64,000 nucleotides of DNA, taken from contig OZ247587.1 in the NCBI GenBank assembly GCA_965233865.1, forward strand, positions 992,001 to 1,056,000, read 5' to 3'. Shown here piece after piece: positions 10,305 to 23,473 of this stretch. The position numbers were made by a program, and so were the translations under genes. Numbering within the stretch: the first letter of the stretch is position 1; each line of letters starts with the position of its first letter. Origin of the DNA: Candidatus Neptunichlamydia sp. Lineage in GTDB: Bacteria > Chlamydiota > Chlamydiia > Chlamydiales > Simkaniaceae. The notes under the pieces are model-generated. The model did not search any database, was not told the origin of the DNA, and saw only the letters and a list, made by a program, of their open reading frames with translations.

Positions 10305-12658
10305 ACCTTAGGACCGTTATAGTTACGGCCGCCATTCACCAGGGCTTAAATTCAATGCTTCGTCCCGAAGGACTGACATCTCCTATTGACCTTTTGGCAT
10401 TGGGCAGGCATCACACCATATACTTCCTCTTAGACGAGTTTGCATAGTGCTGTGTTTTTGTTAAACAGTCGCCTGGGCCGATTCTCTGCGGCCCCTAGAT
10501 GCTTAACCGCGAAGGTATCACATCCAAGGGCTCCTCTTCTCCCGAAGTTACGAGGACAATTTGCCGAGTTCCTTAACGAGAGTTCTCTCGCGCGCCTGAG
10601 AATATTCATCCCACCTACCTGTGTCGGTTTTGGTACGGTCACCATCAACAACTAGAGGTTATTTCTTGGAAGCATTGCGCTACACCATCGGTTCCTCCGA
10701 AGATTCCCCTTGTCTCACACCTAGCTTTCCGTCAGCGGATTTACCTACTGACCAGCCTCATGTGAAAACGGACATCCAATAGCCCGCGTGCTTAACTTAC
10801 TCCGTCACCCCATTGTTATAGTTTTAGGTGGCGCAGGAATATTTAACCTGCTTTCCATCGCTTACGCTTTTCAGCCTCAGCTTAGGGACCGGCTAACCCA
10901 GGGAAGACGAGCTTTACCCTGGAAACCTTAGGTTTTCGGCGAGGGAGATTCTCACTCCCTTTATCGTGTACTTATGCCATGCATCCTCACTAGTATGCGC
11001 TCCAACACTCCTTACGGTATATCTTCATTGCACATACTACGCTCTCCTACCGCGTACCACAAAGTGGCACACCCGCGATTTCGGCTCTATGCTTTAGTCC
11101 CGATCATTATCGGCGCAAAGTCTCTCGATTGGTGAGCTGTTACGCACTCTTTAAATGATGGCTGCCTCTAAGCCAACATTCCAACTGTCTATGAAACTTC
11201 ACATCCTTACTCACTTAGCATAGAATTAGGGGCCTTAATCGGCGATCTGGGCTGTTCCCCTTTCGACAATGAAGCTTATCCCCCACTGTCTATCTCCCGA
11301 CTTAACTCATAGTATTCGGAGTTTGGTTTCCGTTGGTAGGCCGGTAGGCCCCCGTGGGAATCCAGTGCTCTACCCCCATGAGTCTCAAAGTCGAGGCTAA
11401 CCCTAAAGTTATTTCGAAGAGAACAAGATATCTCCAAGTTTGATTGGCCTTTCACCCCTATCCACAGTTCATCCAAATCTTTTTCAACAGATACTGGTTC
11501 GGACCTTCACAAGGTTTTACCCCTGCTTCATCCTGACCATGGATAGATCACTTGGTTTCGTGTCTACATCATACGACTTAATGCGCTATTAACGCTCGCT
11601 TTCACTTCGGCTCCGGAACGGATGTCCCTTAACCTAGCCGTATAACATAACTCGCTGGCTCATCATGCAAAAGGCACGCCATCAGCCGTGCTTCCTAAAA
11701 GGAAACATAGGCCTCTGACCGCTTGTAGGCTGCTGGTTTCAGATTCTATTTCACTCCCCTAACAGGGGTTCTTTTCACCTTTCCATCACTGTACTTGTGC
11801 ACTATCGGTCATCGAGTAGTATTTAGCCTTGGAGAGTGGTCTCCCCAGATTCAGACCGGGTTTCACGTGTCCGGCCCTACTCAGGTGCTAATCTCACTTA
11901 AACTTACTTTTTACACACGGGGCTTTCACCCTGTATCGCCCAACTTCCCAGATGGTTATGTTAAATTCGTTTAAGCTTTATGACTAGTCCTACAACCCCG
12001 AAAATAAATTTTCGGTTTGGGCTATTCCCACTTCGCTCGCCGCTACTATGGGAATCTCTTTTGATTTATTTTCCTCTGCCTACTTAGATGTCTCAATTCA
12101 GCAGGTTTACCTCACTAACCTATGTATTCAGTTAATGATAATGGAGGATTAGCTCCACTGGGTTTCCCCATTCGGAAATCTCCGGCTCAATGCTTCTTTC
12201 CAGCTCGCCGGAGCTTATCGCAGGTATGCGCGTCCTTCATCGCCTCTCGATGCCAAGGCATCCACCAACAGCCCTTATTAGCTTGATCTAATAAGTGTAC
12301 ATTAAACTGTCTCTAAGGACAGTTTGCCTAAAATTGGTCTTGTATACTGAGATACTCAACCGACTGTCAGCTCGTGAAATTCACGAATTGACTGCGGTTG
12401 AATATCCCCTTCTCAAGCGCTGTTTAAAATCAGTTTTATTGTAGTACATTCGATAGGTTATCGAATGTTACTCGCTATAATATTTTTTAATCAGCTTTTC
12501 GCAATTCAAAAACACTAAAGTGTTTTTGATTTACTTGATTAGTCTATATTCTGTCAAGAAAGCAATTGTGCTTCTGACAGCGAAAGTGAAGTGACAAAAT
12601 CTTAAGGCTTGCCCAACCGTAGATTCGCAAGGTCTCTAGGACCTCACTATCTTGTCCA

Positions 12659-14206
<1,548 letters not shown>

Positions 14207-14559
14207 TTTAATCTCTATTAACCTAGCCTAAGCTAGATTGATTCTCGAATACTATTTATTATGTATTCGAGTTAAAGTTTGATAGGGGCATGTCGAAATA
14301 AATTCCGACACGCTCAAACCTTAAGCTTTGTCACTTCAATTTCGCTGTCAAAATAACACTTGAAAACCCTTAAAGCTTTCGTTTCGTTTCTTCCGCATGT
14401 TTTGCTTAAGAAAGAATACGAGACAATACATCACTTCTAATTTATTAAGCAAATGTTTTTCATCTTTTTCTGATTTTTTTTTCGAATCCTCTATGAAAAA
14501 AAACCTTCTCAGTACCTTTTAGCCGCTGAGATCTTTTAAGGTTTTTGATGAACACACAT

Positions 14560-15817
14560 ATATATAATGTACAGATAAATCTTTAGGGAATGCACTTCAT
14601 ACCACGTCCTTATAAGTCTAAATCGCTTGATAAACTGAAAGAAGATCTCAAGCAAGATGCCTCTCTTTGTATGTGCGTTTATCATATTCAATATTCTGAA
14701 TCCGGTTCTTTTTCCCTGGAATAACTGGGTTTTTTCCTATTTTCTCTATATAAATTCGAATTTCATCTGAGGGAACTGTTGAGAACTGACATAATTTTCT
14801 GAAATCGTTTAAACTACTTTCTTTTTAAATATGAGGATTCCCATGCAACAAATTGAAATGATCTATCTAGAAGATTTAGTTCCAGAAAGTCATAATTACC
14901 GCAAGTTTTCCAAGATTTGATCGTTCAGTTTTGTGGAGAAAAAACTCCAAAAACTAGAGAAGAACAACCCTCATAAGGGATATGAATTGCTTCGATTATT
15001 CAAGTGTTTATTACTACAGTTCATGGAAAATTGGAACGCTTCATCCAAGAAAACACTGCAGCTCGATGGTTTTGTGGGTTTAATCTTAGAGACCCCACCC
15101 CAGATCACACGGTCTTTTGCCAGCTTAGAAAAAAGATAGGGACCAATATTTTGTCCAAGATTTTTACCGATCTAAGAGATCAACTAAAAGATCAAGGGTT
15201 TATGAGTGAAGTTTTTACCTTTGTCGACGCAACCCATTTGATTGCTAAAGCAAACTTGTGGGAGGAAGGAGATAAGGCGATTGCAGAAAAATATAAAAAA
15301 CTGAACAACGAAAATATCTCTCAATTTTCTGCAGACACTCAAGCGAAGATTGGGTGTAAAGGAAAAAACAAGTATTGGTATGGTTATAAGCAGCACGCTA
15401 GTGCAGACATGCAGACAGGGCTGATCAACAAGATTCCGATTACTCCGGCTAATATCACAGATACTTCAGGTTTCAAAAACGTGCGCCCCTCTCAGCTGAG
15501 TCATAAGTTCTATCAGCAAGCACGTTTTCATCCCTACCAAAACCATCAGTTAAAGCATGCATTTTTTTTGTAATCCTTCCTCTCGAAGTTCCTAAACATT
15601 CCTCCTCTTTTTTTTATCCGATAACCCTCTTGATGAGGCTTTGACGTTTGATCCATCAATAGAATAATTTTCTTGATCAATTTCATCTTTGAGCTCATTC
15701 CAGATCTTTTCCCAAATCCCCTTGGCATTCCATCTATTAAAACGGTTATAGCAAGAGCTCCAAGGACTATATTTTAGTGGGAGATCTCTCCATGGCGCAC
15801 CAGTCCTAAGTATCCAA
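14560..15817 (-). mobile_element. Decayed IS5-family (IS427-group-like) transposase, interrupted by two other IS
   Basis: WILRTGAPWRDLP...YNRFNRWNAKGIWEKI (15817 down), VLADRTYDS (~15500), resumes DEIRIYIEK..VIPGKKNR..YDKRTYKERHL below 14770; left limit approximate. Confidence 0.85.
14772..15495 (+). mobile_element. Truncated IS5/IS1182-like transposase pseudogene
   Basis: MQQIEMIYLEDLVP (14843), PDHTVF, FVDATH, WYGYKQH; stops and frameshifts; flanked by CTGAG direct repeats. Confidence 0.85.
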
Positions 15818-16705
15818 TATAGCTAAAATATTTCGTTTTAGTTATGCTTTTTTGAATGACGTATTCATTAGATTTTAGAAAAAAGGTACTGTTGATCCGA
15901 AGCACAGAAAATTTAAGTTTTGCCAAGACAGCAAAACGTTTTGATGTAAGTGTAAATAGCATATTTCTTTGGTCTAAGAGGCTAGAGGCAAAGCGCACTA
16001 AAAATAGACCTGCAATAAAGATTGAAAGAGATCGCTTGATGGAGGATATCAAAAAATACCCTGATGCCTTCAACTATGAACGAGTATATCGTCTCAATGT
16101 AAGCCCTTCAGGTGTTCGTTGTGCCATGAAGCGGCTAAGAATTAGCTATAAAAAAAACACTTAACCATCCCAAGGCTTGCAAAAAGAAGAGATCTCTCTT
16201 CAGAGAAAAGATTGCAAGGTATGAATGCTTGGGAAAACCGATTGTATACATCGATGAAAGTGGGTTTGCCCATGATATGCCCCGAACGCATGGTTGCTCA
16301 AAAATAGGAGAGAGGTGCTTCGGCACCCATGACTGGGTAGCAAAAGTGAGGACAAATGCAATAGGGGCGTTACTTGGAACAAACCTTCTTACTCTTGCAC
16401 TGTTTGATTGTAATATTAATACAGATGCCTTTAGCAGTTGGGCAGAGCAAGACTTAATGCCGAAACTTCCTTCTGAAAGCGTTTTGGTTATGGATAATGC
16501 ATCGTTTCATAAAAGCAAATCTATGCAAGAAAAGATCGAAGCTGCAGGCCACATCTTGGAATATCTTCCCCCATATTCCCCAGATTTAAATCCTATTGAG
16601 CGTAAATGGGCACAAGAAAAATCTAAACGAAGAAAATATCAATGTGGAATAGATGAACTTTTTAAAGACTATTGCCTATAACTAAATTATATCAACTTAG
16701 CTATA
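15818..16705 (+). mobile_element. Complete IS630-family element (orfA 15856-16164, orfB to 16681)
   Basis: Imperfect IRs TATAGCTAA..TTTAGTTAT; YIDESG, VMDNASFH, PPYSPDLNPIE DDE motifs; A8 run at the orfA/orfB junction. Confidence 0.95.
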
Positions 16706-16795
16706 GTATTGCTGCGCAGCAAATCCCATTCATAGCATTTTTTTCAGTATGAAATTTCAGTTTTCAAAATCATTTAAATATAAAAAATTTAGAAC

Positions 16796-18076
16796 CTAGA
16801 ACAAGAAGACGTAGAAGAGCATTCCAAAGACGTATCCAATGAAGACTGGCAGGGACATTTTTTTTAAGTAAGAGAAGAAATCTACTTTTTCAAGCCCCAT
16901 AAGAGCCACACCTGCAGAGGAACCCATAACCAAAATGCTTCCACCAGTACCAGCGGCATAAGCAATCATAAGCCATAGCGGCGAGTCGGTTGGGGTAGTT
17001 TGGAGGTCATACATTCCCATTGTTGCAGCAACCAGAGGAACGTTATCAATGATTGCAGAAACAACACCAATAACTGAAGCAATAAGTGCTTGGCTTCGAA
17101 TATTCACGTTTAGCCACTGCGCTGCGCCCTCAAGAAGTCCCGTTGATTCAAGGGCATTGACGCTGAGCAGAATTCCTAAGAAAAAGAGAATACTGGACAC
17201 GTCGATTTTTGTCAGAATATGCGGTACTCGGAGATGGTGTCTTTGCTCGTAGCGGTGATGCATGATATCAGTTGCAAGCCACATAATTGACAGAGAAATA
17301 AGCATCCCCATAAACGGAGGTAGCCCCGTTAACGCCTTAAAAACAGGAACGCAAAGGAACAAAACAATTCCTAAATAGAAGATAAGATGAGCCCCTGGCT
17401 CTAATGGTTCATCGCGAAAATCGATTTCAGATTTTGGAAATTTCCCTTTCATAGTGCAGGTATAAAGAAGAAGTGGGAACATCATAGAAATCAAGCTAGG
17501 GAAAAAGAGTTCTGTAATCACTTTCATCGAGGTGACTTGCCCTCCAATCCAAAGCATTGTCGTTGTCACATCTCCAATTGGGGTCCAAGCCCCCCCAGCA
17601 TTTGCAGCAACAATCACCATGCATGAAAAGAGAAACCTCTCTTTTTTATGCGGGATCAATTTCCTTAAAATAGAAATCATTAGGATTGTCGTCGTTAAGT
17701 TATCAAGAACCGCCGACAAGAAGAAGGCTAAAAAACAGGTAATCCAAAGCATCTTGCGTTTGGAACGCGTATGGAGATAATGGATGAAGGTATTGAACCC
17801 TTTGTGAGAGTCAATAAGCTCGACCATCGTCATAGCTCCCAGTAAGAAGAAAAGAATCTGCGATATATCACTTAAGTGCGTGTTCAGAAAAGTTATACTT
17901 ACACCCAGCGGCTGGGGATCCCCAACAAAGTAAATCAACCAGCAGAAGACTGCCATAAACAAGGCAACTGCTGTTTTATTGACGCGAATCAAAAATTCAA
18001 GGATGATAGCAGTATAACCAATTGCAAAAACCGCAACAAGAATACCGTGCGAAAGTGTAAAAATTTCATCATTCAT
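16796..18076 (-). CDS. nhaD: NhaD-type Na+/H+ antiporter
   Basis: LSAVLDNLTTTI, ANAGGAWTPIGDVTTTMLW, SAIIDNVPLVA, AGTGGSIL. Confidence 0.9.
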   Translation of the reverse strand: MNDEIFTLSHGILVAVFAIGYTAIILEFLIRVNKTAVALFMAVFCWLIYFVGDPQPLGVSITFLNTHLSDISQILFFLLGAMTMVELIDSHKGFNTFIHYLHTRSKRKMLWITCFLAFFLSAVLDNLTTTILMISILRKLIPHKKERFLFSCMVIVAANAGGAWTPIGDVTTTMLWIGGQVTSMKVITELFFPSLISMMFPLLLYTCTMKGKFPKSEIDFRDEPLEPGAHLIFYLGIVLFLCVPVFKALTGLPPFMGMLISLSIMWLATDIMHHRYEQRHHLRVPHILTKIDVSSILFFLGILLSVNALESTGLLEGAAQWLNVNIRSQALIASVIGVVSAIIDNVPLVAATMGMYDLQTTPTDSPLWLMIAYAAGTGGSILVMGSSAGVALMGLEKVDFFSYLKKMSLPVFIGYVFGMLFYVFLF

Positions 18077-18156
18077 AAGAATCGCCTTGCTAACAGCCTA
18101 ACTTGGTTCCTTATAAAACTCAAGCTTTTGGATAGCGAGAAAGGTCATAATTTTCA

Positions 18157-18612
18157 ATGGATCATTTAAAACTTTTCTCAGTTGCGCAAACAAAGGTCAA
18201 AAATCGCCTCTTGTTACAAGGAATGGTGTTGGGCGGAATCGGTGTTTTTATTCTTTTTGTTTTTGGGGTGTGGTCTCCACAAGCTTTCCTAAATTCTTGG
18301 GGAATTCTCATTTTCTCTTTGGGAATATTTTTGATAGGGTGGGGATTGATCCCCTACAAAAGGTTTACTCGTTTAGAAACTCATCCTCATAAAATCCTGT
18401 TAGAAGATAAGCGATTAATTTTTGTATCAAACAAGGGAGGGAATTGCATTATTCCCTACTCAGAAATCAGAAAAATTACTTACTTTGAATCAAAAACAAA
18501 ATATGGACTGCGACTAGAAACGAAAAAATATCGGGTGGTATTCCCTTATTTTTTAGGTGATTCCCGCTTGAACGAGATCATGCATACGAATCAATCCAAC
18601 GAGTGTTCCTGA
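18157..18612 (+). CDS. Hypothetical membrane protein (2 TM plus small beta domain)
   Basis: Two hydrophobic helices; fills the gap between nhaD and kdsD. Confidence 0.65.
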   Translation: MDHLKLFSVAQTKVKNRLLLQGMVLGGIGVFILFVFGVWSPQAFLNSWGILIFSLGIFLIGWGLIPYKRFTRLETHPHKILLEDKRLIFVSNKGGNCIIPYSEIRKITYFESKTKYGLRLETKKYRVVFPYFLGDSRLNEIMHTNQSNECS

Positions 18613-19512
18613 TTCTATCACTGGAAGGACATTGACCCATTTTTTCTCATCATTTTGCATGAGCTGCAGCGCATCAAGAGCTCGCTTTCCTTTTTCAGTT
18701 GCGATGCATGAGGGTGTCATGAGCTCTTCCATTGTTTTTTCTAGCATTTCAGCAGGTTTTTTTTTGAAGGCTCGACGGAGGTCTCCATCGGTGAAGATTC
18801 CACAAAATCTCCCTTTGGTATCGATAATGAGCAGACACCCACATTTCTTGTCCGTTAGGGTAACCAACGCATCCCGCAATTTTTCGTTGGGCCCGCAAAG
18901 AGGAAGTGTTTCTCCTTGAAGCATGATATCATCAACTGTTAGAGAGATTTTTTTTCCAATGGAGCCTGCAGGGTGATTAAGCGCATAATCGTCCAAGCTA
19001 AAGTTCTTAGCCTTCATAAGTGCAACGGAAAGAACATCTCCAAAAATAAGTTGGATTGAGGTCGAGGTCGTGGGGGCTAGGTCAAAGGGACAAAGTTCCT
19101 TATTTAGCGGCAGGGAAATTCCTATGTCGCAAGCGAGCCCGAGTTTTGATTGCGTGCTAGAGACCCAAGCGACGGTTTTAGCCCCCTTTTTTTGTGCAAA
19201 AGGAACAAGACTTAAGAGCTCCTCGCTTCCCCCGCTTTTGCTAATGCAAATGAGAACATCTTTGTCAGTAACAATCCCAATGTCTCCATGAAGAGCATTC
19301 ACAGGAGGAAGGTACAAGGCTTTTGTCCCAGTTGAAATCATTGTCATCGCAAGTTTTTCGGCAATAATCCCACTTTTTCCAACACCAGTGAAGATCAATA
19401 TCCCCTTGCAGTTCAAAAAAAGTTTAAATATTTCCTCTGCTTTCCCCAACCCTACATGGTTGAAAAAATAGTTCAGATTTCTCTGGTACTCATCAAATAG
19501 ATCTTTTAACAT
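18553..19512 (-). CDS. kdsD: Arabinose-5-phosphate isomerase (KpsF/GutQ, SIS+CBS)
   Basis: GVGKSG, ALHGDIG, APTTST, HPAGSIG, GIFTDGDLRR. Confidence 0.95.
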   Translation of the reverse strand: MLKDLFDEYQRNLNYFFNHVGLGKAEEIFKLFLNCKGILIFTGVGKSGIIAEKLAMTMISTGTKALYLPPVNALHGDIGIVTDKDVLICISKSGGSEELLSLVPFAQKKGAKTVAWVSSTQSKLGLACDIGISLPLNKELCPFDLAPTTSTSIQLIFGDVLSVALMKAKNFSLDDYALNHPAGSIGKKISLTVDDIMLQGETLPLCGPNEKLRDALVTLTDKKCGCLLIIDTKGRFCGIFTDGDLRRAFKKKPAEMLEKTMEELMTPSCIATEKGKRALDALQLMQNDEKKWVNVLPVIESGTLVGLIRMHDLVQAGIT

Positions 19513-19582
19513 GGTCGAACTCTTGAAAACTTATCTCAAATCATATAATTAGAGAGTTAATCAATCAAGTAAGGAGTTCCTT

Positions 19583-21022
19583 GTGAGCGAAAAAGTACCC
19601 ATAACAGTTGCTAGAGGCGATGGAATTGGCCCAGAAATCATGGATGCAACTTTAAAGATCCTTGAAGCCGCAGGAGCACAATTAGATATTCATGAAGTCG
19701 AAATTGGAAAGAAAATTTATCTTGGAGGACACCCAACAGGGATCGAGGACAAGACTTGGGACACTATTCGGCAAACAAAAGCTTTTTTAAAAGCTCCAAT
19801 CACAACGCCGCAGGGTGGAGGGTTCAAAAGCTTAAATGTAACGATCCGAACGACACTAGGGCTTTATGCTAATGTGCGTCCTTGCATGGCGTACCCACCC
19901 TTTGTTGCGACAAAACACCCTCAAATGGATGTGGTGATTGTACGAGAAAATGAAGAAGATCTCTATTCGGGTATTGAATACCGACAGTCCCCTGAGGTGT
20001 GTGAATCGATCAAGTTAATTTCACAACCGGGCTCAGAAAAAATTATCCGCTATGCGTTCGAATATGCTGTCCAAAATGGACGAAAAAAAGTCACCTGCTT
20101 TGTAAAAGATAATATCATGAAACTCTCAGATGGCCTCTTTCATCAAGTCTTTAACGAGGTGGCCAAGGAATATCCCGGTATTGAAAATGAGCATTGGATT
20201 GTCGATATTGGAGCGGCAAAGCTTGCCGACACCCCAGAAGTTTTTGATGTCGTGGTCATGCCTAATCTTTATGGGGATATCCTTTCTGATGTCGGTGCTC
20301 AAATTGCAGGTTCAATAGGTCTTGTAGGATCTGCAAATATTGGAGATCACGGAGCTATGTTCGAAGCAATCCATGGGTCGGCTCCCAGGCGAGCAGGACA
20401 AAATCTCGCGAACCCTTCGGCGTTAATTTTGGCTTCGGTCATGATGATGGTCCATATTAAACAGTATGATGTTGCAACCGCAATTCGCAACGGATGGCTG
20501 AAAACCTTAGAAGATGGTGTGCACACCTACGATATTTTTAAAGAAGGGATCAGCAAAGAAAAAATAGGGACGCAAGAGTTTGCGGAAGCTGTCATCAAGC
20601 GGCTAGGAGAAAAACCCTCAAAACTTAAAGCTGTTTCCTATGAAGGGGGGGAAAGTGTTTCTCAAACTTTTACCCGCAAGGTTATCAAAACAAAGAGAGA
20701 ACTTGTAGGGATTGATATCTACCTCTTTTCAAATGAATCCATGATAGATTTTCAAGAAAGCCTACTTGGGCATAGCTATGGCACTTTTCACATTGAAATA
20801 ATCACCAACCGAGGAGCCCGCGTTTACCCCAATGGAATGCCCGAGACCTTTTGTATCGATCAGTGGAGAGTGCGATTTCGCCCTAAACAAGGGGGGGCGT
20901 GCAAACAAAAAGATTTCCTAGAGCTTCTAGAGGTTCTAACAGCTGAAGGTTTCGATATCATCAAGACAGAGAATCTCTACGATTTTGATGGCACTCCGGG
21001 ATACTCGTCTCCCAAAGGATAG
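19583..21022 (+). CDS. icd: Isocitrate dehydrogenase
   Basis: GDGIGPEI, TTPQGGGFKSLNV, RENEEDLY, NLYGDILSD, FEAIHGSAP. Confidence 0.95.
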   Translation: MSEKVPITVARGDGIGPEIMDATLKILEAAGAQLDIHEVEIGKKIYLGGHPTGIEDKTWDTIRQTKAFLKAPITTPQGGGFKSLNVTIRTTLGLYANVRPCMAYPPFVATKHPQMDVVIVRENEEDLYSGIEYRQSPEVCESIKLISQPGSEKIIRYAFEYAVQNGRKKVTCFVKDNIMKLSDGLFHQVFNEVAKEYPGIENEHWIVDIGAAKLADTPEVFDVVVMPNLYGDILSDVGAQIAGSIGLVGSANIGDHGAMFEAIHGSAPRRAGQNLANPSALILASVMMMVHIKQYDVATAIRNGWLKTLEDGVHTYDIFKEGISKEKIGTQEFAEAVIKRLGEKPSKLKAVSYEGGESVSQTFTRKVIKTKRELVGIDIYLFSNESMIDFQESLLGHSYGTFHIEIITNRGARVYPNGMPETFCIDQWRVRFRPKQGGACKQKDFLELLEVLTAEGFDIIKTENLYDFDGTPGYSSPKG

Positions 21023-21025
21023 TAC

Positions 21026-21062
21026 GGTAGTGTTCTCTAACTGCATGCAAGAGAACACTACC
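21026..21062. terminator. 13-bp hairpin between convergent icd and E2 genes
   Basis: GGTAGTGTTCTCT/AGAGAACACTACC; no strong U-tract. Confidence 0.55.
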
Positions 21063-21085
21063 TTCGAAAGAAGGGTGGGAGAAAT

Positions 21086-22252
21086 TTATTGAAAATTCTC
21101 CAGGTAATGCTTAACTTCAGCTAGGAAGCCGCAACCATACATCCCGTCTATCACACGATGATCAATGGATAGCGAGAGGTTCATCATCGAACGAATCGCC
21201 ACACTATCATCCTCTAAGGCAATCACTTTTTTGTTAATCGCCCCAACACCAAGAATAGCGACTTCTGGCTGGCGGATGATAGGGGTTCCGATTAAAACTC
21301 CTGACATTCCAAAGTTGGTCATCGTAAAGGTCCCCTCCTTGACTTGATCTGGCTTTAACTTCCCCTTGCGAGCCTTATCAGAAAGAGAAGAGATTTCTCG
21401 AGCAATACCTTTCACTGATCGAGTATGACAATCTGCAATAATCGGGACAAGGATCCCTTGCTCAACACTTACTGCGATTCCTAGGTTGACATTCTTCTTG
21501 ATAACGATGGTATCCCCCTCTAAGGAGGCATTGATCATGGGGAATTTCAAGATCCCTTCAGTAATTGCTTTTGCAATGTAGCTGGTGATCGTGAGCTTAT
21601 ATCCATTTTCTTTTTGGAAGGATTCTTTGTTCTCCTTCAGATACTTTATGAGTTTTGTGACATCCACTTCATTCACAAGGGTTGCGTGAGGGGCTTCGTA
21701 GAAAGATCTGACCATTGCATCAGCGATCATCTTTCGCATCGTTGACATTTTTACTCTTTCTTCTCCATCTATAGATGGAATAGCAGGCGCTACAGTACGA
21801 TTTTGTAGATAACTCTCAAGGTCTTTTTTTGAAAGGCGTCCACCAGCTCCTGTCGCAGAAATATTCTCAAGCTCTGAAAGGTCAAGCCCTTTTTCTTGCG
21901 CAATTTTCAGTACAACAGGAGTAAAAAAACCTTTTTTGGAGAGTGTATCTTGAGCTTGTGTATGCGATTCAGTCGGCGTTGCGGTCGTTTCCTCAGAAAC
22001 ACTCCCTTCCTTCGTAATAATTATTGCTAAGGGATCACCGACGTCAATTTCCTGTTCAAGATCAGCCAGAATTTTTAAAACTTTTCCAGAAACAGGGGAA
22101 GGGATTTCACTATTTACTTTGTCGGTTGAAACTTCTAAAAGGGGTTCGTCAAGTTTAACTGGATCCCCAACCTTCTTAAACCACTGAACAATGGTTGCAC
22201 TGACAATACTCTCTCCCAACTTTGGAAGTTTAATTTCTACTTCATCACTCAT
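21086..22252 (-). CDS. 2-oxo-acid dehydrogenase E2 (dihydrolipoamide acyltransferase)
   Basis: Lipoyl domain EVSTDKV, E3-binding TGAGGRLSKKD, catalytic DHRVIDG. Confidence 0.95.
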   Translation of the reverse strand: MSDEVEIKLPKLGESIVSATIVQWFKKVGDPVKLDEPLLEVSTDKVNSEIPSPVSGKVLKILADLEQEIDVGDPLAIIITKEGSVSEETTATPTESHTQAQDTLSKKGFFTPVVLKIAQEKGLDLSELENISATGAGGRLSKKDLESYLQNRTVAPAIPSIDGEERVKMSTMRKMIADAMVRSFYEAPHATLVNEVDVTKLIKYLKENKESFQKENGYKLTITSYIAKAITEGILKFPMINASLEGDTIVIKKNVNLGIAVSVEQGILVPIIADCHTRSVKGIAREISSLSDKARKGKLKPDQVKEGTFTMTNFGMSGVLIGTPIIRQPEVAILGVGAINKKVIALEDDSVAIRSMMNLSLSIDHRVIDGMYGCGFLAEVKHYLENFQ

Positions 22253-22255
22253 CTT

Positions 22256-23473
22256 CTACTCCAGCCAAGTCACTGCATGGTATTGTTTTTCATCGATTTG
22301 ATTTTCTTTCTTCGCTATGAAGACCGCCGCAACAGCATCCCCAAGAACGTTTACAACAGAGGAGACCATTTCACGAAGGCGATCAACGCCTGCAACGAGT
22401 GCAATTCCTTCAAGGGGAAGTCCCATTGCATTTAACACAACAGAAAGCATGACAATTCCTGTTCCGGGAATTCCTGCCGCACCGATGGCCGAAACTAGAG
22501 AGACAAAGATCAAGATCAAGACCTTAACAGCAGTGATTTCAATCCCGTAAGCCTGAGCAATAAAAATCGCTGAGATTGCCTGTCCAATTGCGGCTCCGTT
22601 CATGTTAATGGTCGAACCTAGCGAAAGTACAAACCCCGAAATATCTGGGGAAAGACCTAAATGGTTCCGCGCACAATCTAAAGATACTGGCAGAGTCGCT
22701 GAACTACTGCTGGTTGTAAAGGCCAAAACAATGGCATCTTTCATACCCTTAAAGAACGGCGCAACTCTGAGCTTTATAATATAGCGGAGGGTTAAACAAA
22801 AGATAATGAAGATCTGAAGTAAGCAAGCAACATAATTGCAAAGCAAAAATTTAAATAGAGGGTAGATCACCTTAAGGCCAATGTCTCCAACAGCTGTTGC
22901 AATGAGGGCAAAGACGCCATAAGGGGCAAGCTTCATAATCGAATGTGTAAGCGAGTACATCACTTCACTGAGCGATTCTAAAAGTTCCAATACTTTCTTG
23001 CCCCGATCCCCTGCTAGGGTAATGGCAAAGGCAAAGAAGATTGAAAAGACAATAATTTGAAGAATATTCCCTTCTGCAAATGCGGCAAACGGATTTGAGG
23101 GGACAATGGCAAATAAAAAATCTATAAGCCTCACTGTTTGTGTCGTTTGAAGATGATTTTCTGGAATTGGAAGGCCGAGACCTGCGCCAGGTTTAAAAAC
23201 AAAAACCAAGAGAAGGCCAAACCCAATTGCAATGATCGTTGTTGCAGCGTAGAAAAGGATGGTTCGAATTCCAATCCTTCCTAATTTCTTGGGGTCACTG
23301 ATGTGACACATCCCGACAACCAACGATGAAAAGACGATTAGACCTACAAGCATTTTCAATAGATCGATAAAGGCCTTTCCGACCCGTTCTAGAATATCAA
23401 CTTTATGTCCTAACACAAGACCTGCAATCACGCCAAGAATAAGACCGATAATAATTTTAATCCACGGCTTCAA
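22256..23473 (-). CDS. Dicarboxylate/amino acid:cation symporter, paralog 1
   Basis: FTTSSSSATLP, TINMNG, AGIPG, VNVLGD. Confidence 0.93.
   Translation of the reverse strand: MKPWIKIIIGLILGVIAGLVLGHKVDILERVGKAFIDLLKMLVGLIVFSSLVVGMCHISDPKKLGRIGIRTILFYAATTIIAIGFGLLLVFVFKPGAGLGLPIPENHLQTTQTVRLIDFLFAIVPSNPFAAFAEGNILQIIVFSIFFAFAITLAGDRGKKVLELLESLSEVMYSLTHSIMKLAPYGVFALIATAVGDIGLKVIYPLFKFLLCNYVACLLQIFIIFCLTLRYIIKLRVAPFFKGMKDAIVLAFTTSSSSATLPVSLDCARNHLGLSPDISGFVLSLGSTINMNGAAIGQAISAIFIAQAYGIEITAVKVLILIFVSLVSAIGAAGIPGTGIVMLSVVLNAMGLPLEGIALVAGVDRLREMVSSVVNVLGDAVAAVFIAKKENQIDEKQYHAVTWLE

Noticed and set aside
12290..12658. Hairpins in the 16S-23S spacer
   Set aside because: No tRNA cloverleaf; explained by processing stems and ordinary spacer structure
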